A stretch of DNA of 64,000 nucleotides from Glaciecola sp. UBA2563 (GTDB lineage Bacteria > Pseudomonadota > Gammaproteobacteria > Enterobacterales > Alteromonadaceae), in assembly GCA_002340325.1 (NCBI GenBank), contig DDLV01000108.1, forward strand, positions 19,281-83,280, in the 5' to 3' direction. A program made the position numbers and the translations under genes. The notes below the pieces were generated by a model. That model was not told the origin of the DNA. It ran no database searches and was given only the letters and a program-made list of their open reading frames with translations. The first letter of the stretch is position 1. Every line of letters starts with the position of its first letter. Shown one piece after another: positions 20,150 to 29,303 of this stretch.

Positions 20150-20917
20150 ATGTTAGACAAAAGTGAGCTTAAAAAAGTCAGTAAAAATGATAGTGAGGTA
20201 TCTCCTGATGAAATAGCGCGTTTCGACAAAATGGCTGAGGCATGGTGGGACCCCGATGGAGATTATAAAGCTGCTATCGCCTTTAACGAAGCGCGTGTCA
20301 GTCATTTTATCGAAAAAATCTGCGACCATTATAATCGAAAGTCCAATACAGCCAATTGCCTAAGAGATATCTCCATACTGGATTTAGGCTGCGGTGGTGG
20401 ATTAGTGTCAGAGGCAATGGCAAGTCGAGGAGCCCAAGTGACTGGAATTGATGCCAGCGAATTGAGTATCGAGGTAGCAAAACGTCATGCAGCAAAATCA
20501 CGCCTTTCGATAACTTATGAGCATACACTTGCGAGAGAACTTATTAAGCGGCAACAAAAGTTTGATGTTGTTATTAACGCTGAGGTCATTGAACATGTGC
20601 CTGACCAAAAAGGGCTGGTAAAACAATGCAGTCAACTCACAAAAAAAGACGGGTTAGTGATACTCGCTACTTTGAATAGGACGATCACAGCATACTTTAT
20701 CGCGATAATCGGTGCAGAGTACATTATGCGTTACCTACCAATTGGCACGCATAGCTGGGGTTATTTTGTCAGCCCACTGCAGTTGAACAGTTGGGCATCA
20801 TTAGCTCAGTTAAAGTTGATGCAAGAAATTGGTATGCGTTTCAATCCATTTTCTAAAAAATGGTCTTTTACCGATAGTCTAAAAGTTAATTATGTACAAA
20901 CTTACCGAAAACTATAG
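20150..20917 (+). CDS. ubiG: UbiG/COQ3-like SAM-dependent O-methyltransferase
   Basis: EIARFDKMAEAWWDPDG, LDLGCGGGLVSE and EVIEHV; probable start is the ATG at 20150 (the longer ORF overlaps DUF2237). May be a paralog rather than the main ubiG. Confidence 0.8.
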   Translation: MLDKSELKKVSKNDSEVSPDEIARFDKMAEAWWDPDGDYKAAIAFNEARVSHFIEKICDHYNRKSNTANCLRDISILDLGCGGGLVSEAMASRGAQVTGIDASELSIEVAKRHAAKSRLSITYEHTLARELIKRQQKFDVVINAEVIEHVPDQKGLVKQCSQLTKKDGLVILATLNRTITAYFIAIIGAEYIMRYLPIGTHSWGYFVSPLQLNSWASLAQLKLMQEIGMRFNPFSKKWSFTDSLKVNYVQTYRKL

Positions 20918-21006
20918 CGCAAATTTCCTTAAAGAATAATGGCGATTAATTCGATACTAATATATTGGGGAAAGAGAAATTAGTTAACAATATAGAGTCT
21001 AAGTAG

Positions 21007-22107
21007 ATGATCGTTGTATTGCTGATAGTGATTAATCTGTTGCTACTGTTAGTGATCGGAATAGGCGTTGCTATGATTTATGGAAAAGTAAAAACAACAA
21101 CGACATTTTCCGACAATGAGGTGAAATCCCTCAAGCGTAAACATAGAAATGAAACAAGCTATAAGAAGAATTCAGAAGACTTGCAACTTCGAATCAACAA
21201 ACAAGCGGACGATGCGTTAAATGCAATGTCAATGCTGCAACGGTTTGTACCCAAACAATTCATTGAACACTTCAGACATCATGGACTAGATTCAATTGAA
21301 TTGGGACATGCTATTGATACTAATGTTTCCATAATGTTCTGCGATATCAGAGACTTTACTGGTCTGGCTGAAAATATGCAGCCAAAAGAGTTAATGAACT
21401 TTCTGAACTCTTATTTCTATCGCATGAACGCGCGCATACATGAAAACGCAGGATTCATCGATAAGTTTATTGGCGATGCGATTTTAGCCATCTTTGATCG
21501 ACATACGTCTAACGAAAATAGCTCAGTTGACGCAATTAATGCATCAATCGAGATATACAAGGCGTTAGAGCTCTATAATTCACATCGACAAAAAAGCGGG
21601 TATCAACCTATTAAGATCGCAATAGGCCTGCACCATGGAAGTGCTGTGCTTGGAACTGTTGGTTCAGAAGATAGGATGGACACCACTGTTATTGGTGATA
21701 CTGTAAATGTGGCAGAAAGAATCGAAAAACTCAGTACAGAGTATGATGTTGATATTTTAGTAAGCGGCAGTGTATTAAACAACGCTAAAAAACATAGCAA
21801 CTTTGCATATAGATTCGTCGATAGACTTAGAGTTAAAGGAAGGCAAAAAATCATTGATGTCTATGAAGTATTCGATCATTTGTCCGATCAACAAAGAAGC
21901 AATAAGATTTCTGTGGCCGATCTTATAGAACAAGGTGTGATGAATCGAATGAAGTACGAATGGGATGATGCATTAGCGTGTTTTGAAGAAGCGATAAAAC
22001 GCGAACCTCAAGATCGCCTTGCTTTTTACCACTTAAAAAAGTGTATTGAATTAAGAAACGCCCATAGAGCTATGCTAAGTAATGATGAACTAGACATCCT
22101 AATCTAG
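21007..22107 (+). CDS. Membrane-anchored class III adenylate/guanylate cyclase with a C-terminal TPR-like tail
   Basis: N-terminal TM segment; FCDIRDFT, DKFIGDAIL, IGLHHG and TVIGDTVNVAERIE; tail WDDALACFEEAIKREPQD. Confidence 0.9.
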   Translation: MIVVLLIVINLLLLLVIGIGVAMIYGKVKTTTTFSDNEVKSLKRKHRNETSYKKNSEDLQLRINKQADDALNAMSMLQRFVPKQFIEHFRHHGLDSIELGHAIDTNVSIMFCDIRDFTGLAENMQPKELMNFLNSYFYRMNARIHENAGFIDKFIGDAILAIFDRHTSNENSSVDAINASIEIYKALELYNSHRQKSGYQPIKIAIGLHHGSAVLGTVGSEDRMDTTVIGDTVNVAERIEKLSTEYDVDILVSGSVLNNAKKHSNFAYRFVDRLRVKGRQKIIDVYEVFDHLSDQQRSNKISVADLIEQGVMNRMKYEWDDALACFEEAIKREPQDRLAFYHLKKCIELRNAHRAMLSNDELDILI

Positions 22108-22348
22108 GCGACAATAAAAACTACATAGTATTTCTCACCATTGTAATTTCCACTCAATTTTTTGTTCTTATTGCAGATAATATAATTAATGAAGGGCCTA
22201 ATGGACAGTTGTGTTTTTAGACGACTGTTAATTGGCCTGAAAATCTTGAACATCCTATTTACGCAGCCATTGATAACGAAAAGGACAGGTATTGATAGTA
22301 CATTTAAGCATTAGCCTCTTAAATTACTCATATACGTGAAATGAATAA

Positions 22349-23542
22349 ATGAAACTCAGCCTTGAAGAAAAAGTATCACTGACAAAAATCTTGCATTTAT
22401 ATAAGCACGTGGGCGTGCTTGCCTTCGTGCACCCTATTATTGGGTTGATGTTGTGCGCTATTTTTTGGAACACGGTCCCCGTTCAATATCTTGGTCAGTG
22501 GATGGCGGTACTAATGGTCGTTGTACTTGCCAGAAGTTTGAGTTTTCTCAAATTTAAACGGGTTGCCAGTAATCGCCAAGGCTTAAAAGGGTATGAAATT
22601 TATAGTTTGATTTTTTCCTTTCTAAGTGGCGCATGTTTCGGCGCTGCCTTTGTTTTTCTTGCGTACACGCAACCACCCGCAACTCACACCACGATTGCAC
22701 TTATGTCGATTATGCTGATCGGTGTTTCTGCATTTGGCTTCGTCTCATCAATGAAAGACACGTTCGCATTCACACTCCCTGTTTTTGGTCCACTCATCGC
22801 TTACTTTGGATATTTAATGAGCTTTGACGGATACATGCTAGCGAGCATTCTATCGCTTTATGCTATTGTTTTATTTCGGTCAATGTCACCGATATCAAGC
22901 TCATTGGATGATTTATTTGAGCTTCGCATCGTGCACGAAGAAGCGGGAAGAACGATTGAAAGTCTAGAAGGTAAATTGCGCGAAATGACAGTGGAAGACG
23001 CAAAGACGCACATCTTCAACCGTAGATTCTTCGATTTATCGATTAACAACGAACTTCGTCGAGCGATAAGAACCAACAGCAGTCTTGCACTCGTGCTCAT
23101 CGATATCGATTGTTTTAAACACTACGTAAATAAATACGGAATGGAAATCGGCGACAAGTGTCTGGGTGCCGTAGCCGGTATCCTAAAATCTTCGGTACAG
23201 CGCGGGGGCGAGTATGTAACGCGATATGACGGTGACAAATTTGGCTTGATACTGCCCAATACTACAGCTGAAGAAGCCGAGCGATTTGCGTTAAAGCTGC
23301 AAGATGTCATCCTGCGAGCAAATATTGAACACAAAGCCACAACGGTACAAGGGCTTAACAGAATTTCCGTTAGCGCTGGAATAAGTGAAATTGACCATGG
23401 TATGCCTATCGACAGAAAGGACCTTATAGCGAACGCAGAAGCTGCTTTGAACCATGCAAAACATCTTGGACGTTGTTCTATTGTTGTACACAGAGATAAG
23501 ATGGAGTCTGCTGTCTCACGTCAAGCTCTGAGTCTGGAGTAA
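22349..23542 (+). CDS. Multi-TM protein with a degenerate GGDEF domain
   Basis: About six TM segments; D..THIFNRR and LIDIDCFK present, but the active-site motif reads RYDGDKF. Confidence 0.88.
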   Translation: MKLSLEEKVSLTKILHLYKHVGVLAFVHPIIGLMLCAIFWNTVPVQYLGQWMAVLMVVVLARSLSFLKFKRVASNRQGLKGYEIYSLIFSFLSGACFGAAFVFLAYTQPPATHTTIALMSIMLIGVSAFGFVSSMKDTFAFTLPVFGPLIAYFGYLMSFDGYMLASILSLYAIVLFRSMSPISSSLDDLFELRIVHEEAGRTIESLEGKLREMTVEDAKTHIFNRRFFDLSINNELRRAIRTNSSLALVLIDIDCFKHYVNKYGMEIGDKCLGAVAGILKSSVQRGGEYVTRYDGDKFGLILPNTTAEEAERFALKLQDVILRANIEHKATTVQGLNRISVSAGISEIDHGMPIDRKDLIANAEAALNHAKHLGRCSIVVHRDKMESAVSRQALSLE

Positions 23543-23627
23543 ACATAGACAACGCACGCATACAGAGTTGCTTTTTTGACGCCTTCTGTAACACTTGCTA
23601 CAGGTTAAAAAAGCTTAGGCTCTACAA

Positions 23628-24236
23628 ATGCATATCTACGACACAAAGACAGCGCCAACCCCACGTCGTGTGAGAATTTTCTTAGCCGAGAAAAACATTG
23701 ATATCCAGTACATTCAAGTCGACATCGTCACTGGAGAAAACTTATCCAGCGAAATGAGGGTGAAAAATCCAATTGGCAAAGTTCCAATTTTGGAATTAGA
23801 CGACGGAACTTGCATTGCTGAAAGTGATGCCATATGCACCTACTTTGAAGCAATCCAACCAAACCCTAGTTTGCTCGGTGAAAGTCCCCTAGAAAAAGGT
23901 CTTATTGCACAATGGGCACGACAGGTTGAATTTGGCTTGTTCATGCAGGTGGGCATGTGTTTTCAACATTCAACGGGTTATTTTAAAGATAGAATGACGC
24001 CGGTTCCTGAATTTGGTAAGCAAGCAGGAATTAATGCAAATAAGTTCTTACATCTGCTAGATAAGCGACTAGCGGATAACGCCTTTATCACGGGAGATAA
24101 GTTTAGTATCGCCGACATTACCGCTTTTTGTGCCATTGATTTTGCACGCGTTGTCGATATCCGAATATCCGATACGCAGCAGAATTTACATCGATGGTAT
24201 AGTGAAATAAAGGCTAGACCTTCTTCTAAGGCTTAA
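23628..24236 (+). CDS. Glutathione S-transferase family protein
   Basis: Plus-strand ATG at 23628; APTPRRVRIFLAEK, NPIGKVPILELDDG..IAES and FSIADITA. Confidence 0.92.
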   Translation: MHIYDTKTAPTPRRVRIFLAEKNIDIQYIQVDIVTGENLSSEMRVKNPIGKVPILELDDGTCIAESDAICTYFEAIQPNPSLLGESPLEKGLIAQWARQVEFGLFMQVGMCFQHSTGYFKDRMTPVPEFGKQAGINANKFLHLLDKRLADNAFITGDKFSIADITAFCAIDFARVVDIRISDTQQNLHRWYSEIKARPSSKA

Positions 24237-25921
24237 CCAGAGACTAACTGTAACAACTGCGTTATTGTTTCTGCTTCTTCTGCAGGTTTATCCCAGCGGA
24301 TCCTATGAACACGTGGAAAACGCATTGCAACGCCTGACTTGTGTCTATTAGATTTGTGGATTGAGTCAAAGGCGATTTCGCACACGAGTGTTTTGTTGAC
24401 ATCTTTAACGGGGCCAAATCGGCCTATCGTATTATTTCTCACCCACTTGTCCAATGCCTTTAATTCTTCATCAGTAAAGCCTGAATATGCTTTGCAAATA
24501 GGCAGCAGCTGTTGGCCGTGCCAACAGCCAAAGGTGAAGTCTGAGTAAAATGATGAACGAATACCGTGGCCTCGCTGTGCGTACATGACAACGGCATCAA
24601 TGAGCAAAGGATCTCTTTTCCATTTGTACCAATAACCCTTTGGACGCCCGGCTACATAAGTAGAAGAGCGCCGCTTTATCATGAGACCTTCTACGTAATG
24701 TGAATTTTCTCGTGTAACATTACTGCGAATTTCACTAAGTTCTTGAAGGTTCTCAAAAGCAATACCTCGCGATAAAAACAGGAACGAAAACGTTTGTTGG
24801 GTGTACCAAGATGAAAGCTGCTGCATTCTCTGGTCAAGCATCATGCCTCGCAAATCATTGCCATTCAAAAATAAGCAGTCATATAAAATTATTCCCACTG
24901 GATAGGCAGATATTAGCTTCTTAGATGGCTTTTTCTTATTCAAGCGTTGCTGTAAATTGTTAAAACTACCGATCGTGACACTCGTTGTATGATTTACCTT
25001 GCTAATCACAAAAATGTCGGCATTCTTTTCTATTTTGCTGTCCTTGCAATCAAGGTGTTCTAATGCAACCAATTCACCATCAAAAACGCCGTTGATATCC
25101 TGGTAATTAAGGTTTTCAACAATATCAGGAAAAGAATAACTTATATCATCACCTGTACGACTGTATAAGGCCCTGCCATTTTCGGACACTGATAACTGAA
25201 CACGGATACCATCGAATTTCCATTCAGCTCTAAACTTATCCGGCAGTATTGTGTTTAAAACGCCGTCATCCGCTGGATGAGCAAGCATTACTGGTTGAAA
25301 AACAACTCTATCACTTACGTCTGGTAGCTCTCCATTTCCATCTAACCACGTCAATAACTCGATGTAGGGAGGTTTAATTGCATGCCAAACTCTCTCAATA
25401 TCTTCTAAAGTAACGTCGGGGTTGTTTTCTTTGCCGTATTCGGCAAGCACTTTCTTTAAAAACCTGGCGGATACACCGATACGAAGCCCTTTAGTGCCTA
25501 ATTTTAATAGGGCCCAGCGCTGCGAGGCATTCAACTTATTCAGCAGCTGCGTTAGAAACTGCGCGTTTTGCACCTGATTACCTGATTTGAAGGTACCGAT
25601 TATATTGCTCAATGTTGGAACTTGTTTTAATGGGGGAGGATCATTCTCTGCTTCTCGCCAAAGATGTGATACTGTTTCACTCATCTCACCTACGTAGTCA
25701 TAACTCAAGTCAAATAACACAGGGTCAACGCGTCCAATGGTTAAATCCTTTATCATTTTTCGCTTGAAAAATTGAAAGTCTAATGTGCCGGCTATAGCAG
25801 AAACTGCCCAGCCACGCTCAGGATCAGGCGTTGTTCGCAAATACTCTTTAAGGAGTGTTGCCTTCACATTATTACTGTTGATGAAATACAACTTATCCAC
25901 AAGATTGGCAAATGCTTGCAT
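24233..25921 (-). CDS. ATP-dependent DNA ligase (ligase-associated damage-response module)
   Basis: Nucleotidyltransferase motifs EWKFDGIR (I), FDGEL (III), LYDCL (IIIa), EGLMIK (IV), WYKWKRD (V) and RFPRVHRIRWDK (VI). Confidence 0.95.
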   Translation of the reverse strand: MQAFANLVDKLYFINSNNVKATLLKEYLRTTPDPERGWAVSAIAGTLDFQFFKRKMIKDLTIGRVDPVLFDLSYDYVGEMSETVSHLWREAENDPPPLKQVPTLSNIIGTFKSGNQVQNAQFLTQLLNKLNASQRWALLKLGTKGLRIGVSARFLKKVLAEYGKENNPDVTLEDIERVWHAIKPPYIELLTWLDGNGELPDVSDRVVFQPVMLAHPADDGVLNTILPDKFRAEWKFDGIRVQLSVSENGRALYSRTGDDISYSFPDIVENLNYQDINGVFDGELVALEHLDCKDSKIEKNADIFVISKVNHTTSVTIGSFNNLQQRLNKKKPSKKLISAYPVGIILYDCLFLNGNDLRGMMLDQRMQQLSSWYTQQTFSFLFLSRGIAFENLQELSEIRSNVTRENSHYVEGLMIKRRSSTYVAGRPKGYWYKWKRDPLLIDAVVMYAQRGHGIRSSFYSDFTFGCWHGQQLLPICKAYSGFTDEELKALDKWVRNNTIGRFGPVKDVNKTLVCEIAFDSIHKSNRHKSGVAMRFPRVHRIRWDKPAEEAETITQLLQLVSG

Positions 25922-26937
25922 TAAGAATTAGCATCCTCTTCATAACCCACTAATGAAAGCGCCTTTGCTTTGAAGCCAAGTGTTTTGGCAAAATGTACTA
26001 GCGCTTCTTCACGGCCATGTGTGACCCAAAGCTCATCAGGATTGATATCTTGTAACGTCTGAATTAACTCATTCCAGTCCGCGTGGTCACTTATAATCAA
26101 AGGTAATTCTGCGCGTCTCTGCTTTGAACGCGCCCTAATTTGCATCCAGCCTGACGCCATGCAAGTCATCACATTAGGCAGTTTTCGAGACCATCTATCA
26201 TTTAATGCCGAAGGTGGCGCAAGCACAATTTCTCCGGCCAGTGTTTTGGTATTTTCTACCGATGAGACAGGGATAAGTTCTCCTAATATCATTCCTTGTG
26301 TTTCGTAGTATTTACACAGATTGATCAAGGCACCATGAATATAAATTGGCTTGGTATAGTTTAACTCACGGAGTGCGATTATAACTCGCTGGCACTTCCC
26401 TAATGCATAGACGCCAACAAGGTGGCAGCGCTGTGGAAACAATGCAAGTGAATCAAGGAGCTTTTGCATTTCCCGTTCAATCGGTGGATGTGTAAAAACA
26501 GGTAGTCCAAATGTTGCTTCGCTAATAAATACATCACATTTGACAACGTCGAATGCGGTACAAGTCGGATCAAAATGTCGCTTGTAATCACCCGAAACGA
26601 CAACTCTGTAATCGCATGCTTCAATTACCGCTTGTGCTGAACCTAGAATGTGTCCTGCTGGCGCAAAACGAAGCGTTCCCTCACCCAAGACCTTTTCTTC
26701 AGAATATGCCATAGGCACACTTCGCTCACAAAAATCATCACCGTAACGAATGCGCATAATGTCCAGTGTTTGTGGGGTTGCATAAACTTCCGAATGACCT
26801 GGTCGCGCATGGTCAGCATGTCCGTGGGTTATAATCGCTCTTTGAACAGGCGTTACAGGGTCGATGTAAGCGGCAAGTGGCTTGCAATAGAGTCCGTTTT
26901 TGTCAGACCTTAACCATGTTTGAGGGTGTGCTTTCAT
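25921..26937 (-). CDS. Ligase-associated MBL-fold exonuclease
   Basis: THGHADH, GHILGS, SGDYK, EATFGLP and SDHADW; stop overlaps the ligase start (TAATG). Confidence 0.93.
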   Translation of the reverse strand: MKAHPQTWLRSDKNGLYCKPLAAYIDPVTPVQRAIITHGHADHARPGHSEVYATPQTLDIMRIRYGDDFCERSVPMAYSEEKVLGEGTLRFAPAGHILGSAQAVIEACDYRVVVSGDYKRHFDPTCTAFDVVKCDVFISEATFGLPVFTHPPIEREMQKLLDSLALFPQRCHLVGVYALGKCQRVIIALRELNYTKPIYIHGALINLCKYYETQGMILGELIPVSSVENTKTLAGEIVLAPPSALNDRWSRKLPNVMTCMASGWMQIRARSKQRRAELPLIISDHADWNELIQTLQDINPDELWVTHGREEALVHFAKTLGFKAKALSLVGYEEDANS

Positions 26938-26940
26938 TAA

Positions 26941-26985
26941 AAATGCGTGCGGCTTTTTGTTTTATACAAAAAGCCGCACGCATTT
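26941..26985 (-). terminator. Perfect 19-bp inverted repeat, likely terminator of the chemoreceptor gene
   Basis: AAATGCGTGCGGCTTTTTG-ttttata-CAAAAAGCCGCACGCATTT; followed by T5 on the minus strand. Confidence 0.8.
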
Positions 26986-27016
26986 GGTTTATTTTTGGGT
27001 GTTTATATATGCGATA

Positions 27017-29062
27017 TCAGTGAAGTTTAAAACTTGATACCATGTCAGCAAGTTTACTCGCCTGATTTTGCATCTTTTCGGAAGAAGCTGCTGCCTCTTC
27101 AACCATTGATGCATTCTGCTGTGTCATTGTATCCATGCCTTTAACGGCTGCGCTGATTTCAGCAATGCTCGATGCTTGTTCTGCCGATGCGCTATCTATC
27201 TCAGACATGATGTCATGGACGTGCTTGATAGATGTAACAATTTGCTGCATTGTGTCGCCGGAGCTGCCAACTAATTTGTTCCCATCTTCAATTCTCGATA
27301 CTGAGTCTGATATTAGCGTTTTGATGTCTTTTGCGGCATTTGCTGAGCGTTGAGCAAGGGTTCTTACCTCGGCTGCCACGACGGCGAAACCGCGGCCTTG
27401 TTCACCTGCACGAGCCGCTTCTACAGCAGCGTTAAGCGCCAAAATATTTGTTTGGAAAGCGATCCCATCAATCACACCGATTATTTCAGAGATCTTTCCA
27501 GCTGATTCTGTAATTGAAGCCATTGTGCTCACCACTGACCTGTTCAATTCACCGCCACTTGTCGCTACATGCGACGCATCCACTGCAAGTCCATTTGCCT
27601 TGTTTGCGTTTTGTGAATTAAGACTGATGGTTTGCGCAAGTTGTTCCATGGTTGCTGCCGTTTCTTGCAAGCTGTTTGCTTGTTGTTCGGTCCTTGATGA
27701 CAATTCCATGTTGCCCTTTGCAATTTCAGCGGCAACATTACTTGTTGTCTTAGCTGCATCGCTAATCCGCTTGATAATGTCGTTCAAATGAGAAACAAAG
27801 TGATTCATCTCCAGCGCAAGCCCGTAAAATTCATTCGTCTTATCAACGTCTATAGTGGCGCGGAGATCGCCTTTTGAGAGCTTCATCAGGGTGTTTTTAA
27901 TATCGGTTATGATGTTTTTTCTTTCGGTGATATTACTCGCGTACTTAACAACCTTATATGGATTACCATTGCTGTTGAAGATTGGGTTGTATGACGCTTG
28001 CAGCCAGAGCGTTTCGCCATTTTTAGCCACTCGCTCTATTTCATCAGCCATGAATATTCCTTTACCAAGGTCAGTCCACAGTTTTCTGTATTCGTCAGTA
28101 TTCGCCTGTTCTGGTTTCATGAAGATGCGGTGATGTTGACCCTTGATTTCTTCTAGTGAGTAACCAGTTGTTGCCAAAAACGCGTCATTTGCAGCAATGA
28201 TAGTTCCATCGAGATTGAATTCGATAACAGCTTGTGACCTTTTAATCGCTTCTATTTGACCAGCATGGTCGTTGTAAATACGTTTTTGTTCGGTTATATC
28301 CGTTGCGAATTTTATGACTTTAACGACAACACCTTTTTCGTTAAATACAGGGTTATAAGACGCAGACAACCAAATTTCGTGTCCACCTTTCCTAACGCGT
28401 TTCGCTTCGGAGCTAAAGAATTCACCAGACTTTAGGCGTTGCCAAAAGGTGCTGTAATCTGCTGAGTTTTTGATTTCTTCCGGTGCAAACATACTGTGGT
28501 GTTTACCCACAATTTCGTTTAGTTCATAACCCATTGCAGCTTGAAAGTTACTGTTGGCGGTGAGAATTGTGCCATCTGGTGTAAATTCAATGACTGCCTG
28601 CGAACGGTCCATTGCGTCTAAGATCGCAGACTTATTTACGTAGTCTGACACGTCTTGCCATTGCACCAAAATGCCTAGTTTAGAACCGCCACTAGTGGTT
28701 AGCTGCGATAACGTGAAACGACCGTGTGCGTGCTCGTTTTCAACGTCGATTTGTTTGTCAAAAGGGAGTTTCTTGTAGTTGGGTAAAATAGTCGAGACGA
28801 GACTACCCACTATATTTGAAGATTTGGATTTCGGTGCTATTTTCGTGAATGCCGAACTACTGTCTTTAACATACGTATCCATTGCGTCATTAGTAGCTAC
28901 AATCTTTCCTTCATTGGATACTAAAAAAGAGGCAACGCAACAAGCGTTAAAAGTTTGATTCGCTAAGGCCAATAGTTGTTCAGCTTCGCTAACTTGTTGT
29001 TTTTTTTCTTGCTGATCAATGTCGTCGAGAATGCCACTTTTGAATTTGCTAAAAATTGTCAT
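27017..29062 (-). CDS. Soluble methyl-accepting chemotaxis protein with tandem PAS/PAC domains (BdlA/Aer-like)
   Basis: Two repeats of SQAVIEF..DGTI..AN..F...GY.L.EI.G.HH...W....G......R..K.G..WL.ASYNP; MCP hairpin [30 protein letters not shown]; no TM segment. Confidence 0.95.
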   Translation of the reverse strand: MTIFSKFKSGILDDIDQQEKKQQVSEAEQLLALANQTFNACCVASFLVSNEGKIVATNDAMDTYVKDSSSAFTKIAPKSKSSNIVGSLVSTILPNYKKLPFDKQIDVENEHAHGRFTLSQLTTSGGSKLGILVQWQDVSDYVNKSAILDAMDRSQAVIEFTPDGTILTANSNFQAAMGYELNEIVGKHHSMFAPEEIKNSADYSTFWQRLKSGEFFSSEAKRVRKGGHEIWLSASYNPVFNEKGVVVKVIKFATDITEQKRIYNDHAGQIEAIKRSQAVIEFNLDGTIIAANDAFLATTGYSLEEIKGQHHRIFMKPEQANTDEYRKLWTDLGKGIFMADEIERVAKNGETLWLQASYNPIFNSNGNPYKVVKYASNITERKNIITDIKNTLMKLSKGDLRATIDVDKTNEFYGLALEMNHFVSHLNDIIKRISDAAKTTSNVAAEIAKGNMELSSRTEQQANSLQETAATMEQLAQTISLNSQNANKANGLAVDASHVATSGGELNRSVVSTMASITESAGKISEIIGVIDGIAFQTNILALNAAVEAARAGEQGRGFAVVAAEVRTLAQRSANAAKDIKTLISDSVSRIEDGNKLVGSSGDTMQQIVTSIKHVHDIMSEIDSASAEQASSIAEISAAVKGMDTMTQQNASMVEEAAASSEKMQNQASKLADMVSSFKLH

Positions 29063-29303
29063 ATATAAATACCGAAAAATTTATCAGAGATAACGTTGCG
29101 GTTAGGTGCTCGATTTTATATCCGAAACTCCTCAACCATCTAATGGTATACATCGACCAAAAAATAAAATATTTGAATGAAAAATCATCAGTTTTAGTAA
29201 AAACAATTGTGTAAAGTGGACAAAATTAAACTATCCGATACGCTCGGTTTTATTGACTGTTTTTATACGCCTATGTTTAACCTGAAAGTGGAGACACAAA
29301 CGA

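Noticed and set aside
29063-29303. LexA/SOS box upstream of the Lhr helicase
   Set aside because: CTGT is present but there is no ACAG at the 8-nt spacing.
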